A stretch of DNA of 45,949 nt, filler included, from Jimgerdemannia flammicorona (Eukaryota), in the NCBI GenBank assembly GCA_003990765.1. It is 2 parts of 2 records of this genome, joined end to end, with 100 filler letters (N's around TTAATTAATTAA, not from the genome) between each part and the next. Parts side by side here need not be neighbours in the genome. Positions count along the whole stretch, not along the records: positions 23,029 to 45,949 come from RBNJ01001185.1; 1 more part is not named here. The stretch is one strand, 5' to 3'. Shown here in pieces: positions 23,614-35,948 of this stretch. Numbering within the stretch: the first letter of the stretch is position 1; each line of letters starts with the position of its first letter. Both the position numbers and the translations under genes were made by a program. A model generated the notes under the pieces. That model did not search any database. It saw nothing but the letters and a program-made list of their open reading frames with translations, and had not been told where the DNA came from.

Positions 23614-26600
23614 CGCATACACATAGTATCATTCTCCCACTTTTAAATTATATTGCACGAACTCATTTTGCACATCAAGTACCCGCATAATCTGAAAACC
23701 CGAATAAAATATCTTGAACATACCTTGACCCTCCCATCGTAGTGTCCGTTCAATAACTTAATAGAAAATTCGTTGCATAGAAAAGTATTGTTTTGTTGTG
23801 GACGACCTATTCAGACCATCCTAAAAGAGGCGCTGTTTGCTAGACTAAATGACATGAAGTTCCGACATCATCGCACATGTCTTCCATCGGTATTCTTTTT
23901 TCGTGCCCCCCCCTCCCCCTTTTTTTTTGCCCCTCCAAGTGAAGAACTTCAGCATTGCCGCGCAGTCACCCGATGGGCCAGCAAAATCACCTCAAGGGAC
24001 AGAAAGAAAGAAAAAAATCAAATGTGACAGGTCGGAAGTAGCATACACATGTTAGTACACAAAATCGTTCCATATCACAATTCCGGAAAGATTGAGGGCA
24101 GGTGATATTCGGCCTTGGAATGTGCAAGAGCTTCGTGGGCGTACGGCTCTGTTGCTTTGGGTGTGAGATTGACTCCCGAACCTGCTCTACCGAAACAGAC
24201 GAGATTTTCTCGGCAATCCCTGACATCACCTCGTTGTGTAGCGGATATTTATGGAGAAATTACCCATGATGGGTTAAACGCCGTTACATCCGACGCTTGG
24301 GGCTTTTGAAAAATCCCGGGAGTCTTGGGTGTGCTGTTTGCGCCAAGGCCTTGGAAGACTCCTGCAACAGATATATAAGATGACCGCCTCCACCTGCCAA
24401 TCAACCTATCATCACAACACAAGTGCTTATCAAAACAAAAATCAAAGCAACCAAGCTCTAGGAAATCAAGGTGTCTCCCCTGCGCTCCCAGCGCACGCCC
24501 ACCCTCGTTGAGGTCCTGCGGGTGCCAAAACAAGTCATACTAGTTTGACGGCGGGCTGGGCGGACACAATGAAATCAGTGATGTGCTAAACAAAGAGCAA
24601 TACCAACCAGTCAATGATCGCACGAATCCGCCGTCGCACCAGAAACAGGCCTTTCCCACTCTCAGTTATCATTCACATCACTCGCGCACCGGCTCACTCT
24701 TCATCGGCTGCTGCTGCTGCCTCGTCGCCTGCGGTAGGTAGTAAAAGCGGGACAGAACGTCCGAATAAGAAAACAATCGGTCGCACAAAAAAGCAATCTT
24801 TCCTGTAACGAACCAGTACCTCAGTAGCTGTAGAATCGCGAAACTCCTGAAAGCGACTTCGAGCACCGGATGACCAGCGCCAAAGCACCAAATTCCGGTC
24901 GCGAGAGGCACGTTCTAAATACTAAAATGAGCCAATCAAGATGCACGATACCCACGAGTTAAAAATCACTTATACAGTTCGTCGTTCTACTGCCGAGCAA
25001 CTGATAACCATTGATTGCTTCGTATCGTCACGTATTCATTCTCCTATCGGAGGTAATTATGTGACATTTGAATACAAAAATGATCGACTTTTAGCTGTTG
25101 ATGAGGGTGGCGGCCAATGGACATACCCAATTAATGAGGCATGGAAATGGTACAAGGCGTGTGTTTCTGGCTCGAATGAATGAAATCAAGCGGGACAGTG
25201 ACGTGGCATAAGCGGGCGGAGTACTTATTAGCACATATTTTGCCCAGCTGTCTGCGGTCTGACGTAGATGCCGTGCAAACAAGATTTTGTGTCTAGTGGA
25301 ATGAGAAATTTCCTTTAGGCGATAAGATTAGCTAATACTCTTGGATGAGATAGAACGTAAATCTGCAAAATGTAAATGATCTAACATTTCAATTTATATA
25401 TACGCCGATCAATGCTCTAATTTGACATGATAGGCATACAAACCAGTAATGCTTTGGATGATTCTGATTGACAGTTCTCAGTCCAAAAGGGATTTCCCAA
25501 AGCAATACTTCGTTGAGAAGATCGAATTTTCAATCACCAAATACTTGACCAAAGGATGGGCAGCAAGCGCATAGTTAGCCTGGACTTCGCGTACTGCTGT
25601 TCTAGACCTGAATTGTTGGTTCTTGTTTTTAGTCGAAGACTTGAGCAATTTCGAAATAGGCTACATCACACATATGCGGCGAAGTTTATTAAAAAATACC
25701 TTATGGCCTATCTGGATTGGAAAAATTTCATCTCATTATAGCACGTGACCTGATCAATCCCTGCATCAATTAGTGATTTCCTTATTTAGTAATAGCTTAC
25801 ATACCCACTTGTATGAATACTCTTATCATTCGTTTAATAAATCAACAGTTAACCAACAAGCAAGCACAAAGGCTTAGGAACGCCACAAGGAACCGATTAA
25901 GATTGCAAGATATTAAAGACACTTACATTACATGGCCAAATATTATACCTTTTCCGGGAGGACCCCACCCTCTCGCTTGGAACGAGTTACAATGCCGAGA
26001 CCAAAATGCCCAATGGCTTTCTATCATCACACAAGAATCTCGCGACGACACACGCACCCAAGCTAACTCCGTATATCCGACCTTCAATAGATTCCTATAT
26101 CCATTCACGCGCCATCTTATGAAGCCATGCAAGTATTTGCAGTCGAAGGTGTCTTCCACGCCTCTTACCCTCGTAGTCGAAGCTATGTTCGCCCCTTGTC
26201 CCCTTCTCGACGTCCGATTCAGCGGCAGCCGGCTCCTGCGGCTTTATCACTGCTCACCACCAGCCACAATTTCCTAACGCCTTGCGAGATTATCCACTCC
26301 TCATGATGTATCTGTCGTAGGCAGCTATTTTATTTACAAATAATATTTACTTTATACATGTTTGTCATTGAAGAGAACTAGGTCGAACAAAGCGAGATTC
26401 GGTATTCGGGTCTACTCGATAACGTCTCTAGGCCTATTCAACGCTTACCGCGGTCTTCGCCATTATTCCTCTCTCCCCTCACGTTGTTGTGGCACTGTAC
26501 CAAGGCATTCTCGACCGTCGTCTTTGTAGGCGTAATCTTTGTAGGTATATGGAATAGTAGCAATTATGTGGCCAGACGATGACAACGACAACCGCAACGA

Positions 26601-28788
26601 CAACCGCAACGGCGGCGACAAAAAGAAAAAAGAATATATATATATATATATATAATAGGAGCTGCATGGCGCTTGACAAGAGTTCCGTAACCTTGACTTG
26701 TCTTCCCACGTACCCTAACAATTGACTGTAACCGTCCTCTTCTTACTTGAACCTCTTGTTTAGAGGCTTCTTTTTTTTTTTTTTTTTTACTCTTGAACTA
26801 GTTTTATGAGCAAGTAGTTAGTTGATGGGAGGTAAGTGCGACTGCAAGTGAGAGGGTTCATGAGTGCGAACTCACTGGTGTTTCAGTTGCTTTGAACTGG
26901 TCGGATTTTAGTATCCACTGGGGCTGGGTGTGAGCCAGAGCTGAACACTAGTTAATGGATAGGATAGTCGTGATTCGTGGGTATGCTTCGGCAACATGAG
27001 AACGCGAGTTCGAGCGTAAGATAATGAGGTAGAAAATAAAGTGAAGGGTTGAATATTCCGTGTGCATTCAGATTGCCGCAAGGTTATCTTACGTAGGCAT
27101 TATCTTACGTAGGCATTTGTCTCACACATCGGATGGTCAGATGAATCTTAGGAACTTAGAAAATGGTAACCTACCCATGATCTGACCATTTTGTGCATGA
27201 AACACACGTATTTGATTTTATTTGTTACATAAATCGCTTTCACGTACTTTGATAGTTTAAATCCCAAGGTTGGCTTACCCCATTCTATTCGTGAGACAAA
27301 AGCCTCAGCACGTTTTGGTTCAAAGTTCAAGAAACCTTTAACGGTCTTAACCAAGGTTGGCCTAGCCTTCACCTGATCATTCCTTAATGGTTTGAAATCA
27401 AGGGTAATTTTAAATTTTAAAAAAGGGCTGTGTGACGTATAGTGCACGCGGTTACTTTGTTTTTTTTTTTTTTTATGCAAACTCCGATCACAGTGGTCGG
27501 AGTGGATGGCGGGGTTCAATGTATATACTTCAATGCACGCGAGCTCGGACTCGGGTCATAACATTCTCCGTTCTCGATTGCGTGCTTGACTTCTTCCGTG
27601 TTGTCAAGATACAACAGATAGTCTTTTTCGTCTGTCAAGCTCTGAAACTAATCACATGGGTCTAGGTCCTTAGCGAGAGCGGTGAAGTTTAGGACAAACC
27701 TTTCGGGCGTCAACGAAGTTTTACCGATCCATGAAGTGTTTGCTATTGCAACTTTTCGGTTCCACTTTTCCGCTCAACAAAAACCTTGAGTGAGAAAAAC
27801 TTTCGTAAGAAAAAATTGTCCGTTTATTGTGCAATACTTGCATGTGCCACAACCATAGTAACATATTTTGAATGTAAAAAATAATGAAACAAACAGACGA
27901 AACTAACTAAAAAAAAAAAAAATTCTACAAAGAGAACCCTCTGTCCGCGGTCATATGTATATATGCTTGCCTTCCGCCCATCTTTACCGCCCACCCCTAT
28001 ATGTATATGCTTCTTTCTACGATCGTATTCTCTTGCCTTCCTCCGCCACCACTGTCCCTATCTCTCAATACCCTCTCTCTTCCCACCTCTCAAACTACAC
28101 GACACTACGTGATCCTCTGCCCCATTCCCACTTACTACTACTCACTGACTCAGGTGAATCCATGGCTTTTTACATCCTCTCGTGCAATACATACCGCCAA
28201 ATGCCAGAGCTGACATATTACCCTTACGCACATGCACAAACGAATCCTCACATGCAATGTGTGCTTGCACAACCTCATTGACATGCCGCAGACACCGCAA
28301 AAAAGAAAAGTGGAAATTGATCAGCTATCGTCTAAACGAACAAGAAAACATTGCAATATAAACACATGCATGAATCATACCTGTTCTATCCCCTGTGGAC
28401 GCTTGTCTAGTGAAATAATAGAGAAAAGAATCAGATATCTTTGGTGTAAAAGAAAAGAAAAAAATAGCATGATGATGACAAAATACTCGCCTTTCATTAA
28501 TCTGATGGTAGTAAGTTCGCGGTATATCAGTGAGATTGTGCAAGCAGAGACCAATGACATGAGCGGATTCGTGTGTGCATAATACATAAGAGTAGATCTT
28601 CAGCGCCGGCCCTGGGGAAGTAAAGTCGAGAAGACGGCCACGGTCACCTTTATTGTCAGTGTTAGTAGATAAGCGAGAGATGGAGCATCGGGCGTAGCAT
28701 CAATGCAGAGTGAGTAGGTGTTAGAAAAGGTACCTCAAGATAGAGAACTGTGAGTGAACAGATCGGCAAAGAGAACTTGACCGCAGAA

Positions 28789-29462
28789 TTAGGCATATAC
28801 CACATATCCCCTCACATTGCACCCTCCCACCCCCCCACCCTCCCAACCCCCCTCTCCCCAACACCAAGGCACTCCTCCTGGACGGTCCTTCACCCGATGG
28901 AATCTGCGATGGTCTCGTACTTGGTTGCATCCATGACGATGCAGGTGCGACCACAAATTCCGGTTCGCAGCCATGTTCACCCAGCCAAGGATCTCAGCGG
29001 CAGTTGGGTCGGCGCAAGCAATCCGCCGACCCCCCCCACAAATGGCTTGATAGAACATCCATCCGAACTTCGTGTGAAGAAGCCGAACAAACATCATCAT
29101 GGCGCAATGCTCAAACCACATTGCAAGCTCCTGTGAAAATAGATTTCGGATGTGTTAATAAAAGTGGAGTTATGTATGACGTGTTTCATGTAAGCAAAAG
29201 AAATCGTGTAACATACCAAATCTTCAAGCATCCGGCCGCATTCTTCCACGAGGAGTTCCCCTTGGCGTACTGCCAGCTCGATTTCGGCTGTGCAGCAGCC
29301 AATTGGGGGCAACTCCTCAACGTACGAATCTACGGTCACCTCACTGACCAACGCATTCTCCGCCTCCGCAATCATGTTCGTCATCCTCAACAACAACCTT
29401 TCGTACACCTCGTCGTCCTCGAAATTGTCCTCGAAATTTTTGATAAAGATGATGTCGGACAT
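28789..29462 (-). CDS. Two-exon hypothetical protein (~195 aa), acidic helical N-terminus
   Basis: Exon 1 29462-29217 (MSDIIF...MLEDL), an 86-nt GTATGT...CACAG intron at 29216-29131, and exon 2 in frame (ELAMWFEH...). TATAAAA at 29677-29671. The C-terminus crosses G-runs and is uncertain. Confidence 0.6.
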
Positions 29463-29463
29463 A

Positions 29464-29465
<2 letters not shown>

Positions 29466-29512
<47 letters not shown>

Positions 29513-29533
29513 GTGTATGTGTGTGTGTGTATG

Positions 29534-29568
<35 letters not shown>

Positions 29569-29627
29569 ATGTGTATGTGTGTATGTGTGTGTATGTGTGT
29601 GGTGTGTGTGGTGTATGTGTGTGTGTG
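29466..29627. repeat. Compound (GT)n/(AT)n microsatellite
   Basis: Seen directly. It lies between the TATA box and ATG of the minus-strand gene. Confidence 0.97.
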
Positions 29628-29670
29628 GGTGCGCAATTTGCGATAATGCGCAGTGGTGGATTACGTAGGA

Positions 29671-29677
29671 TTTTATA
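29671..29677 (-). promoter_or_regulatory. TATA box of the 29462 gene
   Basis: TATAAAA on the minus strand just upstream of the microsatellite leader. Confidence 0.5.
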
Positions 29678-30668
29678 AAGGAGAGGAGTGTCCTCACCTT
29701 CTGTAGGGATCCCTCTATCTTCTAGCCTCCTTCTTTGATGGGACGGGACCTACTGAAAATGGAGGGTCCTGCTGGGGTCTACCGAAGATGGTGAACTCCG
29801 CTTGGGCCCTATTGCCAATCATGGGATCGGCTTCGCATGGTCCCCCAGCAATTAAAGATTTCGGAAAAATTTATTTCGTGCTCCGAATTTGACCCATTCC
29901 ATTAATTCGTTAAATGAAAAAAATAAAGTACATGACACGGGCTTTCAAAGGACACAGGCATTTAGAGCACACATAATTTCATGAGAAATATTAAGAGAAA
30001 TTTGCAGAACTTCATTCTGTGGGTTTGACGCAAGAACACCTTGTCTACATTGGTATTATTACAAGAAGCATGTGTCGTACGACGATAATCGCTATCAGTG
30101 GACCCTTCCCCCATCAGTGGACCCCCGTACCTCGTGGACCCCTCCCCTGCAGGTCTCAGACCCTTAAACTGCGAAGTACCAAACCTTGATCAGTCGTTGT
30201 CCGACTCGCAACCTGGCTTCTCGAAACCGGAAACAAAACAACAGTACATATAGTTGTATTAGAACGTCTTTACTTTTGACCGCACTTTCCAACAAACTAC
30301 TCCAGGCACACCAAAACACACAGGGGCAGCGGAAATAGAAAAAGTACGTTATGTGCGGCGCCGTAAATTCTTTTCCATCGCCATGCATCCCGCATTAGTC
30401 GATCAAAACAAACAAAATGACATCTGCATGCCGAATCTTGACTCAGAATGGACGATAAGAACCGAAAACCTCAAAAACCACATGTTCTCACCGACAGAAT
30501 CCAAATTCAGCGAAACTAGACCCAAGACCAAGAATAAAGAAAAGACTATACAACTACGCTTGATCATGCTACTACTTCGAATTCTTTGTCGACTATTCTT
30601 TGTTCATTTGATCATCTTTGCACTGGCGCACGGGATACTTGAATGAACCAGAACAACAAAGCCCACAG

Positions 30669-30736
<68 letters not shown>
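30669..30736 (+). repeat. Poly-A tract (~68 nt)
   Basis: Seen directly. Confidence 0.95.
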
Positions 30737-30737
<1 letters not shown>

Positions 30738-31680
30738 CCCGCCTTTGTATATGCACGTTTGTGAAAATGGGAGCCAGAGTTTTTCGGAACGTTACACTAA
30801 AATGTCATGCCTTGCCATAATTGGCAGAAGAAACGCGTAACTTTCGTCTTCTAAATCTCCCTCCCAACTTTTTAAACATGCTTCTAGCAACGAATTGATA
30901 CCGAGGCTTTAACTTCGATCGACGAACATTTAGAGTCCGAACTCAGAGAGAGAGAAGAGGCAAAGAGCTCTTCAACGTGGTCAACGTGGATCGTTCATTG
31001 ACCAGAGAATTTCTATATTTGGGAATCTAAACAACAAGGGTTAAGGTTACCTGGTGGCCCGAATCTGACTCCGTTGATTTGACATGAGTGGAGTACTAGA
31101 AGATTTATGGTAATTCACACTGATTGGTGCAGAGATCACCAAATGCGTATATGACGATCTATTTACCGGACGCTTGTCCCAGACGAATGGAGTCGATTTT
31201 TTTTTCAAAAAAAATACGTCCTATTGATGCACTACCCAGAAGTCAAGCATATTGTACCTCATATTAGTAGGTGCGTGAAAAGCAGCTCTAAATCTACCAC
31301 TGCTCGTACATAGTAAAACAGTTCTTGCCAGTGCACCTAACGAATCGAGTCAAGGGGCGTCTCATGTCAAACATCCTGGTTTCAAAATTCGGAGTACTAA
31401 AGTCCTTTCGGGCGACCCGGTGCATACCCATATCACCTGACATCCTATCTGTATCTCAATCTTGTAACTATGGCTGCATACCTCAACCGAATTCATTTTG
31501 ATGCTTTAATGTTTCAACATTCTATGTGTTTTAGTAGAATTATGCATGTTTTGATATAATTATATGCGTGACTAAGATACGGCGAATAATTTCAGGCCGA
31601 TTTGACTGTTTTATTCGTCATTTCTTGAGCGAGAAGCGACGGTTATATACAAGACTATCTTTTTCCGTCTTTCAGTTTCA

Positions 31681-31715
31681 CCCTACACCCTACACCCTAC
31701 ACCCTACACCCTACA
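31681..31715 (+). repeat. (CCCTACA)5 perfect heptamer tandem repeat
   Basis: Five exact copies. Confidence 0.95.
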
Positions 31716-31751
31716 CGGCTACTACGTCAACCCTAGTACACCCAGCAGACC

Positions 31752-32036
31752 TCATCTGTACGCGGCTCCCTGTTCCTCTAGCTCATGTCGCAGCGCCTGT
31801 TCCCTTCCGCACTCTGCGCAGGCGGGCATCCTCCCGTGGCAGTGATGGTTAAGAAACCGATACTCTGTAGCCAGCATCTTGCTGTGGCGTGGGCACAACT
31901 TCCAACACTTCTCACAATAGTGGAGGACGAGGAAAGTGCGACCGCACTCGCATTTTGCAAAGCACCATTCGCACGGTACGCGTCTGTCGTGTTCCCAGTA
32001 GCAGTACAGTTTTTTGACTGGGATGTCGTAGGGCAT
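31752..32036 (-). CDS. Small Cys/His-rich, putative multi-zinc-binding protein, 94 aa
   Basis: 11 Cys in CxxC/CxC/CxxH clusters. ATG in ACCATG context, pyrimidine-rich leader, and TATAAAA at 32085-32079. Confidence 0.62.
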   Translation of the reverse strand: MPYDIPVKKLYCYWEHDRRVPCEWCFAKCECGRTFLVLHYCEKCWKLCPRHSKMLATEYRFLNHHCHGRMPACAECGREQALRHELEEQGAAYR

Positions 32037-32377
32037 GGTGAGTAATGGGAGAAGGAGAGAAAATATAGGCTGGTGGATTTTTATAAATCCCCAGGGGCTT
32101 TTGCCCCTTTTACAACCTGCGCGTAGGCTGCAGGGCTGGGTAGTTTATGTTCAACCCCCGCCTAACTGCGAGACAAAAAACCGGGGGGGGGGGGGGGTAT
32201 GGGTCTCTCTATTTTGTGATTTAAGCCCAAAGCCGATCGTGGAACGCCATGACCCCTCTATGCCTACACTTCACATGCCATTTTCCTATGTAACTCGCAG
32301 TTTATACCTAGATGCACAAATTCGCTTCTCTATGAGCTGTACTTGGCCTCCTGCTTTCGCTTGTCTTTCTTATGTTA

Positions 32378-32828
32378 TGTTCGAGTCGATGAAACCATTG
32401 CTATGACGCACGGAGAAATCAAAATCAAATCTCACCGGAACTCTTATGTTGTTCCGATATGCGATTGACTTTGAAGTTAAGAGAAAGGCAAATAGGATTG
32501 AGCAAGCAGTTATACAATGGATGCAGCAGTATTTCAGAAGTGTAACTACCAAATTCCACAGGGTGAACAAGACGAAAGAAGGCGATATTTACATGCTGGT
32601 GAGGTACACGTAAAATTAAAGGAGGTAAGAATGTACCATAATTCAATGTTTTTCTATCTGAATACATATCACGTTATATTCGCACAATATCTCGTTCGCT
32701 CACTAAATAATTTTTTTTCTGTTGGAATATTGTAGCAGGCTGGAGAATCCGAAGTAGCAGTACAATTGGAGGATTGAGAGAACCTGGGCCTATATTTTGG
32801 GTATACGCCAAAAAATAGCTCCACGTGA
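32378..32828 (+). pseudogene. Possible pseudogene fragment of an unknown protein
   Basis: Protein-like frame MFESMKPLL*RTEK...LMLFRYAIDFEVKRKANRIEQAVIQWMQQYF..., a GTAAGA...TTGTAG intron (~32624-32735), in-frame stops and an apparent frameshift. Confidence 0.3.
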
Positions 32829-34133
32829 CGGTGGTACAGAATTGGGTGTTCAAAAGGAAGGCAGAATAAAAATACAAAGTGAAACACTTCCAACATATGG
32901 GCGCTCATAATTAACTAGAGACTGGAACATCAAATTGGACATATTAATACCAAAAACCATGTTTGCATCCCCGTTACAGAGACGGAGATTGATTCAAGAT
33001 TATCTGTATTCACCTGCCATTTACATGCCAACCCTGTGTTCATTCTCGGTGCATTGGTGGCTGTCGTCACTGTTCTCGACCACATCGCTCAATGTAGCGT
33101 GTGTCGCTCCCCGTTGGCAAGGTAACCTTATACTCCTCAGCATCATCAATCACTACTCTTATGGATAATTACTTAAGGGAAGGTTCTCTAAATCTCCTTA
33201 AAACGCGGCACATTCTTACACGCTGTCTGCATCATAATTACGTCTAGACATTTGGATGGGCAGAACGGAGTCCCTTAAGGTGCCCATCCAACGATTATGC
33301 TGCTGCAGAAGCTGTCTCATTGAATTTCACAAATCGTCAAAGCAATTTCCATTACGCTAGCATTTTTATTTATTAAAGGATGACACAATGAGACAAAGGA
33401 CAGCACCGTCTCTGCTCGCTGTACTCGGTACTTTTTCAGTCAAGAACAGTGGAGAATGAAATGTAGTTTGATGACCGTCCCACAGCACAAAGCATTGAGC
33501 ATATGTTACTTTTTTTTCTTTTAGTATGCACAACACTCCAGGGATAGCAGTTTCAACCCAAAACGTTGCTCTTATCGTACTTTGCACACAGATACAGAGG
33601 TCGAAATGGGTGGAGTACGTGATTCACAAAACCTGTATTTTGAGTTAGCAAATACTTTTACAGTCACCTGGATTTGATTCAAGGACTCTAACGTTCTCGC
33701 CTACATTTGGCGCGCCTCCAATTTGACGGCCTTTCGGGTTTCCTTTGGTGCACTAACTTGTAGGCTTCACATTAAGCATGCTCGAAGACGCTTTCAAGTT
33801 TTTATGGGAAATGAAGGCTATATGGGCAGATTGGGTCGAGTTACGAGAATTCCATTGTTTGAAACCGAAACAAAGCAAAAATATTACCCAATTGTCACAA
33901 CAAAGGGGCCCCCTAGCATTTTGAGTAACGTCACGACACTGAAACCACCAATCTGGCATTGCAAAGCGGTTTATATGCTCATATCACTATGTGTTGCCTT
34001 CCTTCGCTCTTCTTTACCTTTTGGTTTCTATTCCCTTAGTGTAACACACCAATAAGTTGGCGATCGCCGATCCAAGTCCATAATGTATTTTACTATGTAG
34101 GAAAATACCCTACAATCGATCCCAAATCGTCAG

Positions 34134-34204
34134 CCGGCTTTAGCTCAGTTGGTAGAACAGAAGACTGTAGCGTTAGGTCGCTAATTCGAATCTGGCAAGC
34201 CGGA
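34134..34204 (+). tRNA. tRNA-Tyr(GTA) pseudogene
   Basis: Acceptor stem CCGGCTT/AAGCCGG is perfect. A box TAGCTCAGTTGGTAGA, loop CTGTAG, TTCGAAT and a downstream T-run are present. The D and T stems are mismatched and the 3' anticodon stem is partly lost. Confidence 0.85.
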
Positions 34205-35785
34205 TGACCTTTTTATTTTCTCCCTCCTAGCATGTATACTCGAAGTCTCATCCGCCACCACGTTCCCATACGTGATTGGCGAGACGCTGGTCACCCGTTT
34301 GGTCCCAGGTGTACGCGTGATTTATGCTTCCCGGCTGGCTGATCACTACCTTTCGTGTCATGATCGGCCTTCTCAACGAATACCGGTCTATGTCTAAGGC
34401 AGTTTGGCATAAAGGAACTCGTGGAGCTTCAGTATGGTGGATATAACTCAACGGTATCATCAGCACATTTTCGTTCCATAATTTTAGAGAAATGTGGCTA
34501 AAGGACGGTAACACTATAGCCAGACGTTAAGACGGGTGGCGGAAGCAGGGGTGCTCCAATTTGCAAATAACGTCATCGATCTTTAATCTGTAGGTTATCT
34601 AAGCAATGACGAAGATGATCACTACTTAGCATGTCATGGGATATTTGACCATTTGACAGCTGATCACATTGCCATTTACACTTTTTTTTTTTTTTACAAA
34701 GCAAAGTTATTCACGCTCGTTCGTTCGGATGCACGCGAATTCGTAGACTCATAATTTAAGTTTAACCAAGCAATTTTGTACTTACTCTAAGTCCACTGCA
34801 TACATTTCGTTCGACAGCTCAGCATTACTAAGTGTGGAACAGTAGGCTCTCGCACCTTTTGCCTTGGTGCAATCCCTGCAGCGATGGTTTGTTTATCTAT
34901 CATTGGAAGAAATCGCCGACACCGGTGTACGAATATAAATGGAGCTCCACGTGCAAGCTCGGGGGTAGTGCCATTTTGCAGAGGACTGTGGTACTGTGGT
35001 ACGCCTACATTGAGGTGTCCCCTACCCTACCTTCAATTGTGGAAAGCTGCTGAAGATTCTCGGTCTGTGTGAGATTGGATTGTTTATTTATTTACTCGGT
35101 TTGAGAAAGGAATCAATCCCATCATTATGCTTTTGTTCTCTCGCACTTTCCTTCTTTATTCATTACCAATTGAACTCCTCGACAGTAGACATGGCCAAAT
35201 GGTTTTCAAGCAATCAAGTTTTATTTTAAATCGACAGTTTTTGTGATGGTTATACCCACTCTCAACATCACTCGATTTAGAGCATAGAAATGAAATCACC
35301 ATCCCCATCCTCACGTTGTATACGTAGCATTTGTTAAACTCTATGACCCTGGATTATGCACTCGGACATTTCACCTATTTCTGTAGCTCACAAAGACCTC
35401 TGCTTATTCCGCCGACATGACTGCCTGTTTTTATGTGAATAAGTGGTAGCATGCTTTCAATTTCGCGTGTGCAGAGTAAACCTTGGAACTGGTGCGAAGA
35501 TCAAACACGTTGGGGTTTCCTGCAAACAGAATATCGCCATTGGAGTACTGATGCCACGGAATTTAATCAAAAAGGGCTGCCGCACATTCTTCCGCCCCCC
35601 TCCCCCATGTGCAAGCGAAGGTCCCCGTATCTCGGGTTCGTTTACAAGGGTTTTGCGACGAAGTATCCGACGGCGTGGTGTGTGAATGAGTCGGATAGCT
35701 CCATATTAAAAGTCTTAGGCGTGTGCTCCCCACAGGTGACCGCCGGATTTGGGGGAATCGCCTATCCTGGCCTGGCGTCCGGCGA

Positions 35786-35948
35786 CTCGGATGTGCGTCA
35801 CGCTGCTTGACGTTTGCGATCATAATGACCGTCACGCCACTTGACGTGGAATCGTGCATCGGCTCGGCTCGGATGTGCGTCACGCCCACTTGACTTTCGG
35901 AATTGCCCCATCCCCCGGATGTGCGTCACGGAACTTGACGTTTCGGAA
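35786..35948. repeat. Four-copy array of a palindromic motif (CGGATGTG)CGTCACG-N2-4-CTTGAC(G) with variable spacers
   Basis: Copies start at about 35786, 35825, 35868 and 35916. Confidence 0.85.

Noticed and set aside
23434..23646. Poly-Lys ORFs here and at 30643-30840
   Set aside because: Translations of A homopolymers.
24329..26721. Short ORFs including 24941-25183 and 25923-26159
   Set aside because: Partly protein-like, but I could not build a consistent gene model or recognise a family.
29004..29697. CV/HT/TH-repeat ORFs
   Set aside because: Produced by the GT/AT microsatellite. Only the minus frame from ATG 29462 looks coding.
32094..32112. Rho-independent terminator-like hairpin with T-run
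   Set aside because: The DNA is eukaryotic and the hairpin lies upstream of a TATA box; kept only as a promoter-proximal inverted repeat.
35786..35948. CRISPR array
   Set aside because: Eukaryotic context, no cas genes, imperfect repeats, and short unequal spacers.
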